From assembly GCA_052388455.1 (NCBI GenBank), contig JBQTIA010000092.1, positions 10,003-74,002 of the forward strand: 64,000 nt of DNA, written 5' to 3'. Of the stretch, positions 9,851-18,107 are shown one piece after another. Position numbers and translations under genes: made by a program. Position 1 is the stretch's first letter; the number at the start of each line of letters is the position of its first letter. Under the pieces are notes generated by a model that saw only the letters and a list, made by a program, of their open reading frames with translations, did not search any database and was not told where the DNA came from. Origin of the DNA: Hyphomicrobium sp. (GTDB taxonomy: Bacteria > Pseudomonadota > Alphaproteobacteria > Rhizobiales > Hyphomicrobiaceae).

Positions 9851-10702
9851 TTACTTGGAACGTCCGCAGCGGGCGACGATGGGGGCGCTGCCGTCGGCAC
9901 CGGGGGCCGCCGCCTCGAAGGTGTACTGCCGTCCACAGACCGCGACCTTGGGCGGCCGGCGGTCGGCTTCGAACAGATCGTGGCCCTGCTTGAGCTCCTG
10001 CCAGAATGCCGCCTGCGGACTGCCGACCCGCTCTGCCAGATTTTGCTCCGTCATGCGGAAGGGGTAGACCTGAACCTGGAACCGCTGCTGTCCGCCGGCC
10101 AGCGCCTTGGTCACCAGCAGCCAGATCTCGTCGATCACGGGGTTGGTCATGGCATAGCAACCGATCGACGAGCAGCCGCCGTGCACCATGAGGAAGTCGC
10201 CGGTGCGGGCGTGGGCGCGGTCGAAGGGGTTGGGAAAGCCGAGATTGAAGGAGCGATGCCACCGGCTGTTCGGGTTGAGCGCCGCGGCATCCACCGTGTA
10301 AAATCCCTCGGGCGACTGCCGGTCACCCTGTCTCAGCTTCGGTCCGAGCCGTCCCGACCAGCGGCAGATGGGATAGGTGGCGAACAGCTCGAAGCGGCCA
10401 TCCCGCTGCATCCACACTTCCAGCTCGAACTCGCGCTTGAAGATGCGCATGAAAATCGGCGCGCCGAGGGAATGACCGGCGGCGGTCAGACGCTCTTTGA
10501 AGCGGTCGAGGTCTGGCGTACCGGGAAGCGAATAGCCGGCGGCAAAGGCCGTCACTCTCTTCCAGCGCTCGAATGAGATGTGGCGTTCGTCGGCGTCCGT
10601 GCCGAGCCGGATCCAGTACTGGCCGATGGCCACCACCGCGGCGAGGACCAGCAGCAGAAGGGCAATGCGGCCTCCGCGACGCCTGCGCTGGCGTTCAGCC
10701 AT
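9851..10702 (-). CDS. YafK-like L,D-transpeptidase family protein (paralogue 2)
   Basis: IFMRIFKREFELEVW...YPICRWSGRLGPKLRQGDRQSPEGFY...LMVHGGCSSIGCYAMT, preceded by an N-terminal TM anchor (RIALLLLVLAAVVAIG). Confidence 0.8.
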   Translation of the reverse strand: MAERQRRRRGGRIALLLLVLAAVVAIGQYWIRLGTDADERHISFERWKRVTAFAAGYSLPGTPDLDRFKERLTAAGHSLGAPIFMRIFKREFELEVWMQRDGRFELFATYPICRWSGRLGPKLRQGDRQSPEGFYTVDAAALNPNSRWHRSFNLGFPNPFDRAHARTGDFLMVHGGCSSIGCYAMTNPVIDEIWLLVTKALAGGQQRFQVQVYPFRMTEQNLAERVGSPQAAFWQELKQGHDLFEADRRPPKVAVCGRQYTFEAAAPGADGSAPIVARCGRSK

Positions 10703-10711
10703 GACGTGCCG

Positions 10712-11746
10712 TCACTGACCGAACCCGAGTGCCGAGGCTCCGGCCGGAATGGGCTCCGAACCCGAGGTGAGTGCGGGCGCCTTCGAGGCCATGGCTGCAG
10801 CCGGCCAGGGAGAACCGTTTGCTGCGACGGCGGGCTCGTCGAGCGGCGGCGGAGGAGCGATACTGGCCAAGTCCCGCACTTTCGGACCCGGCACCACGAT
10901 TCGTTCTATCGCGATTTGCTGTTCCTCGGCCCGCGGTGCGAACGGCTCCAGCATCGGGCGCTGGAAGCGCGGGCAGCGGCCTTCGGGCTGAATGCGCATG
11001 ACCGCCGGCATGATGACGTTGACCACATACCGCCGCTCGCAGACGGCGACGGTCGGCGGCACGCGATTGACCTCGAAGTAGTCGTAGCCCTGCTTGAGGG
11101 TCGTCCAGAACGCATGCCACTTGTGCTTGCGGTAGCGCGCCAGTTTTTCGTCGGTCATGCGGAACGGATAGGCGTGCACCTGGAAATTCGGCTGGCCGCC
11201 CCTGAACGCCTCGCGGGCGAGCGCGTAGATTTCCTCGACCAGCGCATCCGTCATCGCGTAGCAGCCCGCCGACTTGCACTTGCCGTGCACCATCAGCGCC
11301 TGCCCCGTGCGGCCGTGCGAGCGGTCGTAGGCGTTCGGATAGCCCATGTTGAACGCGAGATGGAACTGCGAGTCCGGCTTCATCTGCTGTGGGCTGATCG
11401 AATAGAAGCCCTCCGGCGCCTGCTTGTCGCCCAGCTGGAGCTTCGGCCCGAGATCGCCCGACCAGTTGCAGATCGGATAGGTCTTGAAGTGATAGAAGCG
11501 GCCGTCGGAGCGGGCTTTCCAGACCTCCAGCTCCGATTCTTCCTTGAAGATGCGGACGAAGATCGGTGCGCCGGCGTCCATACCCTTGCGCCCGAGCAGC
11601 ATCACGCTCTCTTTGGTGAGCGGCTGTTCGGAAGCAGGAATCTCGGGAGCACTGGAACAGGCGGCTGCGAAGACCGCGAGCAGACAGGCGGGCACGATCG
11701 GCCGAAGCCGCGACGCGATGATCCCGCCGAGGATTTTCATACGCAT
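10712..11746 (-). CDS. YafK-like L,D-transpeptidase family protein (paralogue 3, probable lipoprotein)
   Basis: Start placed at MRMKILGG (comp. 11744-11746). Lipobox-like LAVFAAAC. Core IFVRIFKEESELEVW...YPICNWSGDLGPKLQLGDKQAPEGFY...LMVHGKCKSAGCYAMT, then a Pro/Ala-rich tail. Confidence 0.8.
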   Translation of the reverse strand: MRMKILGGIIASRLRPIVPACLLAVFAAACSSAPEIPASEQPLTKESVMLLGRKGMDAGAPIFVRIFKEESELEVWKARSDGRFYHFKTYPICNWSGDLGPKLQLGDKQAPEGFYSISPQQMKPDSQFHLAFNMGYPNAYDRSHGRTGQALMVHGKCKSAGCYAMTDALVEEIYALAREAFRGGQPNFQVHAYPFRMTDEKLARYRKHKWHAFWTTLKQGYDYFEVNRVPPTVAVCERRYVVNVIMPAVMRIQPEGRCPRFQRPMLEPFAPRAEEQQIAIERIVVPGPKVRDLASIAPPPPLDEPAVAANGSPWPAAAMASKAPALTSGSEPIPAGASALGFGQ

Positions 11747-11976
11747 GACACAACCCCTCAGGCCGAGGGTCACAGCATCGGTGTGCGTGGTTAACATGTC
11801 GTTAACGATATGATTTCCCTGCCAAGCCTGTTTAAGGGCCGCTCCGTCCCTGTCAAGACGAGTAGGCTGGGATTGGGGCATTCGCAGGGCGCCGCCATCC
11901 TACTCCGAGCATAGGCTGAGTTGACTTGTTGAACCGCGCCCACCGGCGGACCGAGCGGACCAGAGCCGCTTCTGCA

Positions 11977-12945
11977 CTAAAGGGTGCGCCCAATCTGAAG
12001 GAAGCGGTCGTGGCGCTGCTTCTTGATCTCGGCCGGCGTCTTGCCGTCGAACTCGGCCAGAGCCTTGGCGATCGCATCCCCTGCCACCTCGGCCGCCAGC
12101 GCCTTGTCGCGATGGGCTCCACCGACCGGCTCGCGGATGATGACGTCGATGACGCCCAGGCTTTCGAGATCCTGCGCAGTGATCTTCATGTTCGTCGCGG
12201 CGTCGATGGCCTTCGCCGAATCGCGCCACAGGATCGAAGCCGCCGCCTCCGGCGAGGCCACCGTGTAGATCGCGTGCTCCAGCATCAGGATGCGGTTGGC
12301 GGAGGCGATCGCGACGGCGCCGCCCGATCCTCCCTCGCCGATGACGACCGCTATGATCGGCACGCCGAGCGCGAGACAGCAGTCGGTCGAGCGGGCGATG
12401 GCCTCGGCCTGTCCGCGCTCTTCGGCGCCGATGCCGGGGTAGGCCCCGGCGGTGTCGATCAGGGTGATGACGGGGACACCGAACTTGTCGGCCATTTCGA
12501 GCAGCCGGACGGCCTTGCGATAGCCCTCGGGCTTGGCCATTCCGAAGTTGTGACGGATGCGGCTCTCCGTGTCGGAGCCCTTCTCGTGGCCGATGAGCAT
12601 GATCGGCCGACCACGGAACGTGCCGAGCCCGCCCATGATGGCTTCGTCCTCGGCGAAATAGCGGTCGCCGGCCAGCGGCGTGAACTCGTCGATCAGCGCC
12701 GTCACGTAGTCGAGGCAGTGCGGGCGCTCCGGGTGCCGGGCGACCTGGGTCTTCTGCCATGGCGTCAGCTTGTTGTAGGTATCGGTCAGCGCGCCACGGG
12801 CCTTCTGCTCCAGCCGCTGGATTTCATCGAGCAGCGACTGCGATTCGTCGGTGGCCAGCGCCTTGAGTTCCGACGCCTTGCTTTCAAGCTCGGCGATCGG
12901 CTTCTCGAAATCGAGATAGGTGCGGGCAGACGGCGTACGATCCAA
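11977..12945 (-). CDS. accA: acetyl-CoA carboxylase carboxyltransferase subunit alpha
   Basis: 322 aa. [11 protein letters not shown]...[11 protein letters not shown]...[25 protein letters not shown]...[11 protein letters not shown] is the canonical AccA sequence. Confidence 0.95.
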   Translation of the reverse strand: MDRTPSARTYLDFEKPIAELESKASELKALATDESQSLLDEIQRLEQKARGALTDTYNKLTPWQKTQVARHPERPHCLDYVTALIDEFTPLAGDRYFAEDEAIMGGLGTFRGRPIMLIGHEKGSDTESRIRHNFGMAKPEGYRKAVRLLEMADKFGVPVITLIDTAGAYPGIGAEERGQAEAIARSTDCCLALGVPIIAVVIGEGGSGGAVAIASANRILMLEHAIYTVASPEAAASILWRDSAKAIDAATNMKITAQDLESLGVIDVIIREPVGGAHRDKALAAEVAGDAIAKALAEFDGKTPAEIKKQRHDRFLQIGRTL

Positions 12946-13032
12946 GCGGGGCCTCGAGGGGTGGGTTGAAGGTCGGCATCATCGACACGTCCGGCGACGG
13001 GTCCGGCGGCGACGGCAACACGATGCCGGCGG

Positions 13033-13110
13033 CTAGTGTGATGATTTCGAAGTCCGCTTCATACTTTGCGGCTGGCTCTGCAGCGGACTTCGAAATCTGA
13101 ATCACACTAG
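13033..13110. repeat. long imperfect inverted repeat (hairpin, 26/29-nt arms, 23-nt loop)
   Basis: ctagtgtgatgatttcgaagtccgct ... agcggacttcgaaatctgaatcacactag. The arms are complementary apart from a 3-nt bulge. It lies in the accA-gntR intergenic region. Confidence 0.7.
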
Positions 13111-13126
13111 AACCATTGTTTAGCCT

Positions 13127-13198
13127 GTGTCCTTTCGATCGCGACGTCCGTCATTGTCTTCCACACGCCCCGACCGGACTTCGATATCGAAAGGACAC
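13127..13198. repeat. second inverted repeat (13-nt arms, ~46-nt spacer)
   Basis: gtgtcctttcgat (13127-13139) pairs with atcgaaaggacac (13186-13198). The spacer contains cggacttcga, which also occurs in the neighbouring hairpin arm. Confidence 0.55.
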
Positions 13199-13341
13199 TC
13201 GCGCATCGACATGCCGCCCGAACTTACGCGAAGGAGCGGCGGGCCTGTCAAGCTGTCGTTGCTGGTTTGGCTTGCGGGACAGGGGTGCGAAAGGTCTAAC
13301 GAACCCCGGTGACGGCGCACGGGGAACGCCGACTATTGGGC

Positions 13342-14067
13342 TCAGCTTATGCGTGCGACGTAGGAATTCGGGCCCAGATGGCAGTGCGCAAGGCGCCACT
13401 CGGCCGGCCGGTTGTCGATCGCGTAGATCACCCGATCCAGCATCAAGACCGGGGTTCCCGCGCCAATACCAAGCTCTGCGGCATCCTCGGACGGACAGTT
13501 TGCGAGGCCGACCCGCTCCAGCGCGTCCTTCAGAATGATGTTGTTGGCCTGAGCCAGGACGTTGATGGCGCAGGACCCCGGCACCGGCGCGAGCCGGTGA
13601 TACATGCCAGCGGGAACGACGCTGGTTTCGGCCATGTACGGTGTGCCGCCTGAGCGATGGGTGCGGCGGATCTGCCATACGTCCTGCCCCTGACGCAGGC
13701 CGAGCCGGGCGATGGCCTGCTCAGAAGCCACCACCCGTTCGACGCCCCGGAAGTCGACTTGACCGGACACCGGCGCACCCTGCGGATCGACGATATTCGT
13801 GAAGCGGATCGCGAATTCACTGCTCGAATGATCGCTGACGAAGGTTCCGCGGCCCTGCCGGCGGCTGATCACGCGCTCTTCTTCCAGCAGCTCCAATGCC
13901 TTGCGGACTGTGCCCGTGCTGACGCGCAGCTCTTCCGCCAGTTGGAACTCGTTGGGCAGCGCCGAGCCGGGGGGCCACTCCCGGAGCGTGATGCGCTGCA
14001 CGAGCAGGTCGCGCACCTGCAGATAGAGGGGGCGCGTGGCGAAGCGGGACGCCGCTGTCATCGACAT
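13342..14067 (-). CDS. GntR family transcriptional regulator with UTRA effector domain (HutC/FarR-like)
   Basis: Start at MSMTAASRF (comp. 14065-14067). wHTH segment LPNEFQLAEELRVSTGTVRKALELLEEERVISRRQGRGTFV, followed by a UTRA-like C-terminal half. Confidence 0.85.
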   Translation of the reverse strand: MSMTAASRFATRPLYLQVRDLLVQRITLREWPPGSALPNEFQLAEELRVSTGTVRKALELLEEERVISRRQGRGTFVSDHSSSEFAIRFTNIVDPQGAPVSGQVDFRGVERVVASEQAIARLGLRQGQDVWQIRRTHRSGGTPYMAETSVVPAGMYHRLAPVPGSCAINVLAQANNIILKDALERVGLANCPSEDAAELGIGAGTPVLMLDRVIYAIDNRPAEWRLAHCHLGPNSYVARIS

Positions 14068-14163
14068 TGCATGACTCCCGATGGGCCGCGTTGGCGGCTC
14101 GTGAAATGACGCCGCGAGGCACGCAAACCGCGCCGGTGAGAAGGACCGAGCGCCAAAGAGCAA

Positions 14164-14436
14164 ATCAACTTAAGATTGTTTTTACTGTCTCTTTGGTTGC
14201 GAAGCAACCATCGATCGCTTGTGATCGTCAGCCGAAGACCCGGTGCCTATCAGGCTGATAAAAGATATTTGATAGACGATATAAGAATACGTGCGTCACC
14301 TAGCTGAATAAAAACATCAAAGAAACAAGCAAATTACAGTAAAAATAGAATATTCTGAAAAAATACTCTAATTAAAATCCATATTTATCGGCCACCGGCA
14401 TCGTGATGACATCCAATTATTATTGAGGATCGTCAC
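14164..14436 (+). promoter_or_regulatory. strongly AT-rich intergenic region upstream of the tadE-like gene (promoter/silencer candidate)
   Basis: About 270 bp with runs such as aaagatatttgatagacgatataagaatac and aaaaatagaatattctgaaaaaatactctaattaaaatccatatttat. GC is roughly 30 % by eye in a ~65 % GC genome. Confidence 0.5.
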
Positions 14437-14904
14437 ATGGATCAATGCACCACTTCACCTGACCTCGCCTGCTCCACCTGCTTGTTCTTGAAACGACTTT
14501 GGGGCGACCGCTCCGGTGCTTCGGCCGTTGAATTCGCCGTCGTCCTGCCGGTGTTTCTGATGCTGATGCTGGGAATCCTCGCCCACGGCATCTATTACGG
14601 CGCCGCGCACTGCACCGCTCAGCTGGCGGCGGATGCCGCCCGCGCATCGGTGGCCGGCCTCGACGACGCCGAGCGCACTTCGATCGCCAAAGGGGTGATC
14701 GCCAAGACGGCATCCATGTATCCGCTGCTGATCGCCGACAAAATCGCCGTCGAGGCCGCAGCCTCCGCGTCCGATCCGACCGAGTTCATGGTGGCGGTCC
14801 GCTACGACTCCGCTCACCTGCCGATCTGGTCGTTCTCGAAACTCATTCCCCTGCCTTCGAAAATCATCCAGCGCACCGCCGTCATCAAGCGCGGCGGCTA
14901 CTGA
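14437..14904 (+). CDS. TadE/TadG family type IVb (Flp) pilus assembly pseudopilin-like protein
   Basis: N-terminal TadE motif GASAVEFAVVLPVFLMLMLGIL; 155 aa. Confidence 0.7.
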   Translation: MDQCTTSPDLACSTCLFLKRLWGDRSGASAVEFAVVLPVFLMLMLGILAHGIYYGAAHCTAQLAADAARASVAGLDDAERTSIAKGVIAKTASMYPLLIADKIAVEAAASASDPTEFMVAVRYDSAHLPIWSFSKLIPLPSKIIQRTAVIKRGGY

Positions 14905-14927
14905 TCATCAAACCAACGGAGCCCGTC

Positions 14928-16610
14928 ATGCGTCATCCCATTCCGCATTTTTCGCCGCTCGAAATCACCTCCCGCCTTGCCCGCGACGAGCGGGGCACGA
15001 TCGCCCTGCTGACAGCGGCCTTCCTCACCGTCGCCATCGCCGTCTCCGCGCTGGCCATCGATGTCGGAGCCCTCTATCTCCAGCGCCGCTCCGCACAAGG
15101 CTATGCCGACCTGGCGGCCATCGCCGCCTCCGCCGACCTCGGCCGCCCCGAGGCCGCAGCCCGTGCGACGCTCCACGCCAATGGCCTGTCGGACATCAAG
15201 TCTCTGTCGGTCGTCCTCGGCCGCTACCAGCCCGACCCCGCGGTCGCGGCGGACCAGCGGTTCGTCGCCGGGCTGATGCCTTACAATGCCGCCCACGTCG
15301 ATCTCATCACACCGGGCCGGCTTTACTTCGCCAAGTATTTCTTCAGGAGCGATGTCGATGTCGGCGTTACTGCCATGGCCTCCAGCGCAGAGGAGGCGGC
15401 CTTCTCGGTCGGCAGCCGGTTGCTCTCGCTCGACGGCGGCATCTCCAACGCCGTCCTCGGCGCGCTGCTCGGCGGCTCGGTGTCCCTGACGGCCATGGAC
15501 TACGAGGCGCTGCTCGACGCCGATGTGAAGCTCCTGTCGTTCATGGGTGCGCTGGCGACGGAGGCCGGGATCACCGCCGGCACCTATCGCAACGTGCTCG
15601 AAGCCGAGGCGACGCTCGGCCAATGGCTGACCGCGCTCGCCAGCGTCTGCGAGGAGGACGGAAACGCTTCTGCGGCGGCCAGCCTGCGCCGGCTGGCCGG
15701 CTCGGCCATCTCCTCGCAGCTCACCGTTCCACTCACCTCGCTGATCGACCTCGGCTCCCTCGCGTCGCTCGCCATCGGCGAGCCGGCGCCCGGCCTCGAT
15801 GTCACTATGCAGGCCATGGAGCTGGTATCGGGAGCAGCCGTGCTGAGCAATGGAGCGCGTCAAGTCGCCATCGACCTCGGCGCGACCGTCCCCGGGATCG
15901 TTGATCTCGATCTGAAAATCGCGATCGGGGAGCCGATGCAGCACTCCGCATGGGTCGCGGTCGGTGGCGCCGGCTCGATGGTGCGGACGGCTCAGACGCG
16001 ATTGACACTGGTCGCGTACGTCGCCGGCTCCGGGCTTCTCTCCGATGCGCGCATCCGCCTTCCGATCTACCTGGAAGTGGCCAGCGCGGAGGCACGCCTC
16101 GCCGCCGTCTCCTGCCCGGCCAGCGGATACGGCCGAGTCGAGGTGGCAGTACTGCCCGGCATTGCCGAAGCGTGGATCGGCGAACCGACACAGGACTGGA
16201 GCGACACGCCGAAGAAACCCGCGGTCAATAGCGCCCGCATCGTCACTCTCCCGCTGCTCACGATCAACGGCCGCGCGCATGTAAGACTCGGCAACCAAAG
16301 CGAGACGATGCTGGATTTCACGCAATCCGACATCGATGCCGGCGTCATCCGGCAGACCGATACTCATGCGTTCACCGCTTCGCTAGCCAGCACACTGCTC
16401 GGAGACCTCGAGCTCGAGGTGAACGCGGTAGGACTGCGATTGTCGTCGCCGGCGGCAGTCCAAGCCGCTCTGGCCGCCACTCTGTCGACGGCGGCGCCGC
16501 CGCTGGACAAAGTGGTGCACGCGCTGCTGACGACGCTCGGCCTGCATCTCGGTCAAGCCGACGTGCGCGTCAACGCCGTGCGCTGCCGTGGCGGCGTCCT
16601 GACCGGGTGA
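14928..16610 (+). CDS. TadG-like pilus assembly protein (large, Ala/Leu-rich)
   Basis: N-terminal ERGTIALLTAAFLTVAIAVSALAIDVGALYLQRRSAQGYADLAA matches the Flp pilus-assembly TadE/G-like N-terminal domain. It lies 24 nt downstream of the tadE-like gene. Confidence 0.65.
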   Translation: MRHPIPHFSPLEITSRLARDERGTIALLTAAFLTVAIAVSALAIDVGALYLQRRSAQGYADLAAIAASADLGRPEAAARATLHANGLSDIKSLSVVLGRYQPDPAVAADQRFVAGLMPYNAAHVDLITPGRLYFAKYFFRSDVDVGVTAMASSAEEAAFSVGSRLLSLDGGISNAVLGALLGGSVSLTAMDYEALLDADVKLLSFMGALATEAGITAGTYRNVLEAEATLGQWLTALASVCEEDGNASAAASLRRLAGSAISSQLTVPLTSLIDLGSLASLAIGEPAPGLDVTMQAMELVSGAAVLSNGARQVAIDLGATVPGIVDLDLKIAIGEPMQHSAWVAVGGAGSMVRTAQTRLTLVAYVAGSGLLSDARIRLPIYLEVASAEARLAAVSCPASGYGRVEVAVLPGIAEAWIGEPTQDWSDTPKKPAVNSARIVTLPLLTINGRAHVRLGNQSETMLDFTQSDIDAGVIRQTDTHAFTASLASTLLGDLELEVNAVGLRLSSPAAVQAALAATLSTAAPPLDKVVHALLTTLGLHLGQADVRVNAVRCRGGVLTG

Positions 16611-16975
16611 CGACGCCATGTGAAGCCATCACGGCCTGCAGACTCTTCCGTAATCCTCAACGCATGAGGCAGCTTAAGACCGTAAGCGGCGGAGATGAGC
16701 AAGTGGTGCGACGTCCGACATCGCAGCCGAAATCCTTGATCCCATCGCTCTTTGTACCCTATCGCGCTTCCCGGACGCCGCGTCCTTCACACGGCGATCC
16801 GGACCTTTCCCGGCCCACTGTCGGAGTATGACTGCCTCCGAAAAAGTTGCCTGATCGCTTCGCTGCGCTTCGCGCCGCGTCCGGGAAACAGCGTGGAGAG
16901 TGGCGCGCACGATTGAGGAAAATGATTGGCTTGGTAGACTGCGATTTTCGACATCGATACGGTCTGACGTCCTGT

Positions 16976-17150
16976 CGGCCGGCGTCGCCTTGATGACGCC
17001 GACGCGGATGACGAAGTCGCCGAAGCGTTCGCCCGGAATGCGCTCCTTGTCGCAGCGCTTCAGCAGCGGGCCGAGCAGCCTGATGATCTTGTCCCGGCCC
17101 ACATTCTGCGCGTAGAGCTTCGAGAGCCGCGGGCCGTCGAAGGCGATGCC
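16976..17150 (-). pseudogene. truncated duplicate of the cysI 3' end (last ~55 codons only)
   Basis: Minus-strand translation FDGPRLSKLYAQNVGRDKIIRLLGPLLKRCDKERIPGERFGDFVIRVGVIKATPA compares with intact CysI FDGTRLSKLYAQDVDRDKIIKLLDPLLKRYAKERKPGERFGDFVIRVGVVEATPA. The DNA is about 85 % identical by eye to 18151-18326. There is no upstream cysI sequence. Confidence 0.7.
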
Positions 17151-17287
17151 ACTTGACGCAGCCGCCTGTCATGCGATCTTGAAGTGTCGCTGGATTGCTA
17201 CCGTCGGTCCTCGCACGTTCGGTCACGAGTGGCGCGACGTTTTTGAATGGGCGTCAGCACCTGGATTTAGCCGCAGGTCCCAGAGTC

Positions 17288-18007
17288 ATGCTCGCTACCG
17301 CGATCGAAAGTCTGGACGTCTCCGATTGGATCGCTCTCGCCTCTGCCGTCATCGCAGTGATCAGCGGCCTAGTCGCTTTCGCCTATGGACATGCCGCGAG
17401 ACTGAGTGAACGCCGACTTCGGCTGGTTGAAAACCAAATCTCTAAAATCGACCGTGAGCTCGTCGTCTGGGGCAGTCACTGCATTGATGCAATGGCAACC
17501 GCACACACCCTTGCTGCAACGTTGGGATCGGGCCGAACTCCGAACGAAATGCGAATTCTTCGTGACGAGGTCCAAGCGAAGCTGTCCGCGCTCGTGGATG
17601 CTGGCCGGCTTTACTTCATCAATCGCAACCCTGACCTGGTAGGGACTGACCGAAACTACGCCAATCGAGGCTACCGTCCGGCCATCCTGGACGCGCTGAT
17701 GATCGCCCATGAGGAGCTGCGTCTCGGCGATATCGCCAACGCCGATGACCTGCGCAGCGCGGCCCAGAATATCTTCGGGGCGAGACGGGTGTTCATCTCG
17801 GAGCTGAGGGAGGAGATCGATCTGCTGCGCGACCAGAAGGCCTTGGCCAAGATGCGCACGCAAGACGACGATTGGACGGAGATTGCCAAACTCGTTGATC
17901 AGTTCGAGGCCCGCAGGGGCCCGGGAACTTTCTGGCGCGACCGACCGCGACCGCGCGCGCAGATCCTAGTCGACATCAAACTCGGAAAAGCACAGTCGGC
18001 GACGTAG
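17288..18007 (+). CDS. hypothetical membrane-anchored protein (orphan, no recognised domain)
   Basis: Start placed at MLATAIESLDVSDWIALASAVIAVISGLVAFAY (single TM helix). The rest is helical and charged. GC is lower than in neighbouring genes. It lies between the two cysI 3'-end copies. Confidence 0.45.
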   Translation: MLATAIESLDVSDWIALASAVIAVISGLVAFAYGHAARLSERRLRLVENQISKIDRELVVWGSHCIDAMATAHTLAATLGSGRTPNEMRILRDEVQAKLSALVDAGRLYFINRNPDLVGTDRNYANRGYRPAILDALMIAHEELRLGDIANADDLRSAAQNIFGARRVFISELREEIDLLRDQKALAKMRTQDDDWTEIAKLVDQFEARRGPGTFWRDRPRPRAQILVDIKLGKAQSAT

Positions 18008-18107
18008 CCCGATTGAAGATCTGATGCTCGATCAATCGCCGCGTGACGTTTTCCGGCCAATACGTTCGGATCAACGCGATCAATAGCCGAGCCATCATCG
18101 TGGCCGT

